Shown in pieces: positions 62,030 to 64,000 of a stretch of 64,000 nucleotides of DNA. Every line of letters begins with the position of its first letter. Positions within the stretch are counted from its first letter, which is position 1. The DNA comes from Nemertoderma westbladi (Eukaryota > Animalia > Xenacoelomorpha). Location of the stretch: contig JAUCBJ010006774.1 of NCBI GenBank assembly GCA_032718475.1, positions 81,326 to 145,325 on the forward strand, written 5' to 3'. Position numbers and translations under genes: made by a program. A model generated the notes under the pieces. The model searched no databases. It saw only the letters and a program-made list of their open reading frames with translations, and was not told the DNA's origin.

Positions 62030-63186
62030 TCCACGAAGCTAAGGAAAATCAACTACTTTCGCTAAGAAAGATTTTCCTTAGCTGAGATGGTCTATTCATA
62101 GTGGGCTATTTTACTTGTGTGGGGCAGATTTGGGGTTTTTTGATCGGTGAAAAAACTAGCCTTTAAAAGTACCCTGAAATTTTGCATGTATATACTACTC
62201 GTCGAGGCGCATCTTTTGGGCCGGGTCTCATATCCAGGAAAAATCTGGTTTCCATGGAAACGGACTTATAAAAAAGTCTCTGTATTTCAAGTCAATATTT
62301 AAAACTCTATTTGTAGGGAAACTATAATAGATATAAACTTGGGGTTTCTCAACTCAACTATAAGGTCCATAGCAGAGCCGATTGAGGTTAAATAGAAAAT
62401 CCAGTTACCTTGGCAACCAGGCTAAACAGATGTTAAAATTTATAAAATGATAATTTGAAGCCTAAGGACAAGGTGTTATGACTTGGGACCAACCCCTACC
62501 CCCACTATATAACTTATTCTGCATCCGAATTTGATTGTTCTATTTTGCAGTTACCATGACAACCGCTGAAAACAGATGTTTTCTTTCAAAACTTATTCAT
62601 TTGGACATAGACTTCACGATAAAATTTTACAAAACTGGGTATGTGTTATCTGGACAACTAGTTGGAACTTTTAGTGAAACTTAAATTATTCCAGAAATTT
62701 AGTTACCATGGTAACTGTAGTTTATTAAACTCTATATCATTCAAATCTATATTGATAACTCTATGTGTAGCAAAACTGTAATATATATAAACTTGGGGTT
62801 TTGGAACTCATCTATAAGATCCATATCCAAGCCGTTTGATGTTAATTAGAAAATACAGTTACCATAGCAACAAGTCTAAACAGATGTTAAAATTTATAAA
62901 ATGATAATTTGAAGCACAAGTTAATAGTATTATGACTTGGGACTAACCCCTACCCCCACTATATGACTTATTCTGCATCCGAATTACACTGTTCTATTTT
63001 TCAGTTTCCATGACAATCACAGCAAACAGATGAATTTTGATAGAAAAAACTCTAGTTTCCATGGGAATAGAAGTTAATTATTGACAATTGCTATGAAACG
63101 AGGCTAAGCAACGAACCAAAGTGTGGCCGTTTGTTTAATTTTCCTTAGCTTCGTGGTTGCATTTCCTTTAGGAAATGCCTTTCTCG
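62030..63186 (+). mobile_element. Helitron/HINE-like element, copy 5 (internal deletion near the 3' end)
   Basis: Same termini; lacks ~115 bp after GATAGAAAA at ~63048. Confidence 0.8.
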
Positions 63187-63673
63187 TATATATAATGTAA
63201 TAAATCAGTTAAATACAAATATAATATCGCAATAATTGTTATTCTCCGTTTAAATCACCCATGATGTCCTTTTTTTTACTTTTTATGTCCTCAGAAATTT
63301 ACCGTTAGGTTCCATGCTACCGGTTTCTCTACTGCTGTTCTCTCAGGCTATCAGTACCGGTATTAGTATATAGAGCACTATTTTGCAGTATTGCTGTATT
63401 GTATGTACAGATGTAGGTTTAAAGCAGGTATTTTATTACCGGTACCGGCACCGGCACCAGTACCGGTAATGCTGTAGGCCTACTGTGTAGCCTACCATTT
63501 AAATACCGTAATGGTAGGCCTACCGGCTGACTGGTTGTGCTAATAAATTTTAAATGATTGATAATGATAATTGAAATTGTATTAATTTTATTTGAAATAT
63601 AATTTAATTGAATTTATGTAATTTTAAATGTAAATCAATGATGCTGTCTCTTTAAGCTGTCCCATTCCCTCAA

Positions 63674-63838
63674 ATGTTCATGACATAGTTTATTGTTATG
63701 TTCATGACATAGTTTATTGTTATGTTCATGACATAGTTTATTGTTATGTTCATGACATAGTTTATTGTTATGTTCATGACATAGTTTATTGTTATGTTCA
63801 TGACATAGTTTATTGTTATGTTCATGACATAGTTTATT
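63674..63838. repeat. 24-bp tandem repeat (~7 copies)
   Basis: ATGTTCATGACATAGTTTATTGTT repeated. Confidence 0.95.
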
Positions 63839-64000
63839 TGTTTTGGTTAGAAAATCCCGCCTCTGTAACCCGCTCCTTTCCCTGAATTAGTAAAGTGACC
63901 GTTTATTGTTTTGGTTAGAAAGGCCCGCCTTTGTAACCCGCTCCTTTCCTTCATTTAGTAAAGTGACTGTTTATTGTTTTGGTTAGAAAATCCCGCCTCT
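63832..64000. repeat. ~68-bp tandem repeat running off the window end
   Basis: GTTTATTGTTTTGGTTAGAAA...TGTAACCCGCTCCTTTCC at ~63832, 63901 and 63969. Related single copies occur at ~45347 and ~59174. Confidence 0.8.

Overview
AT-rich animal (probably invertebrate) genomic DNA, dominated by tandem repeats and transposable elements; no prokaryotic features. Host-gene content: a large + strand ORF/exon with N-terminal C2H2 zinc fingers and internal coding repeats (4587-7718); a small two-exon secreted Cys-rich gene missed by the ORF track (35909-36025 + 40330-40491; signal peptide, C-terminal CC-x5-CN, Ly6/uPAR three-finger-like), whose intron holds an intact EN-RT LINE; and an orphan candidate exon (53121-53465). 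Tandem arrays: 52/30-bp (1.4 kb), 42-bp (8.7 kb), 36-bp (11.4 kb), 36/62-bp, a hexamer microsatellite, and 24- and ~68-bp arrays. The 42-bp array is an in-place amplification of 14 codons of a dead LINE reverse-transcriptase motif. Mobile DNA: RTEX/Proto2-like, RTE and Crack/L2-like LINEs (several with visible TSDs), a decayed CCHC (gag-like) ORF, TTAA-type and TA-type MITEs, a 49-bp P-like TIR remnant, a tRNA-headed SINE, and five head-to-tail Helitron/HINE-like elements with internal ~457-bp repeats carrying an X-box-like palindrome every ~150 bp. All giant repetitive ORFs in the track are judged non-coding. Family assignments come from motif recognition by eye, not from database searches.
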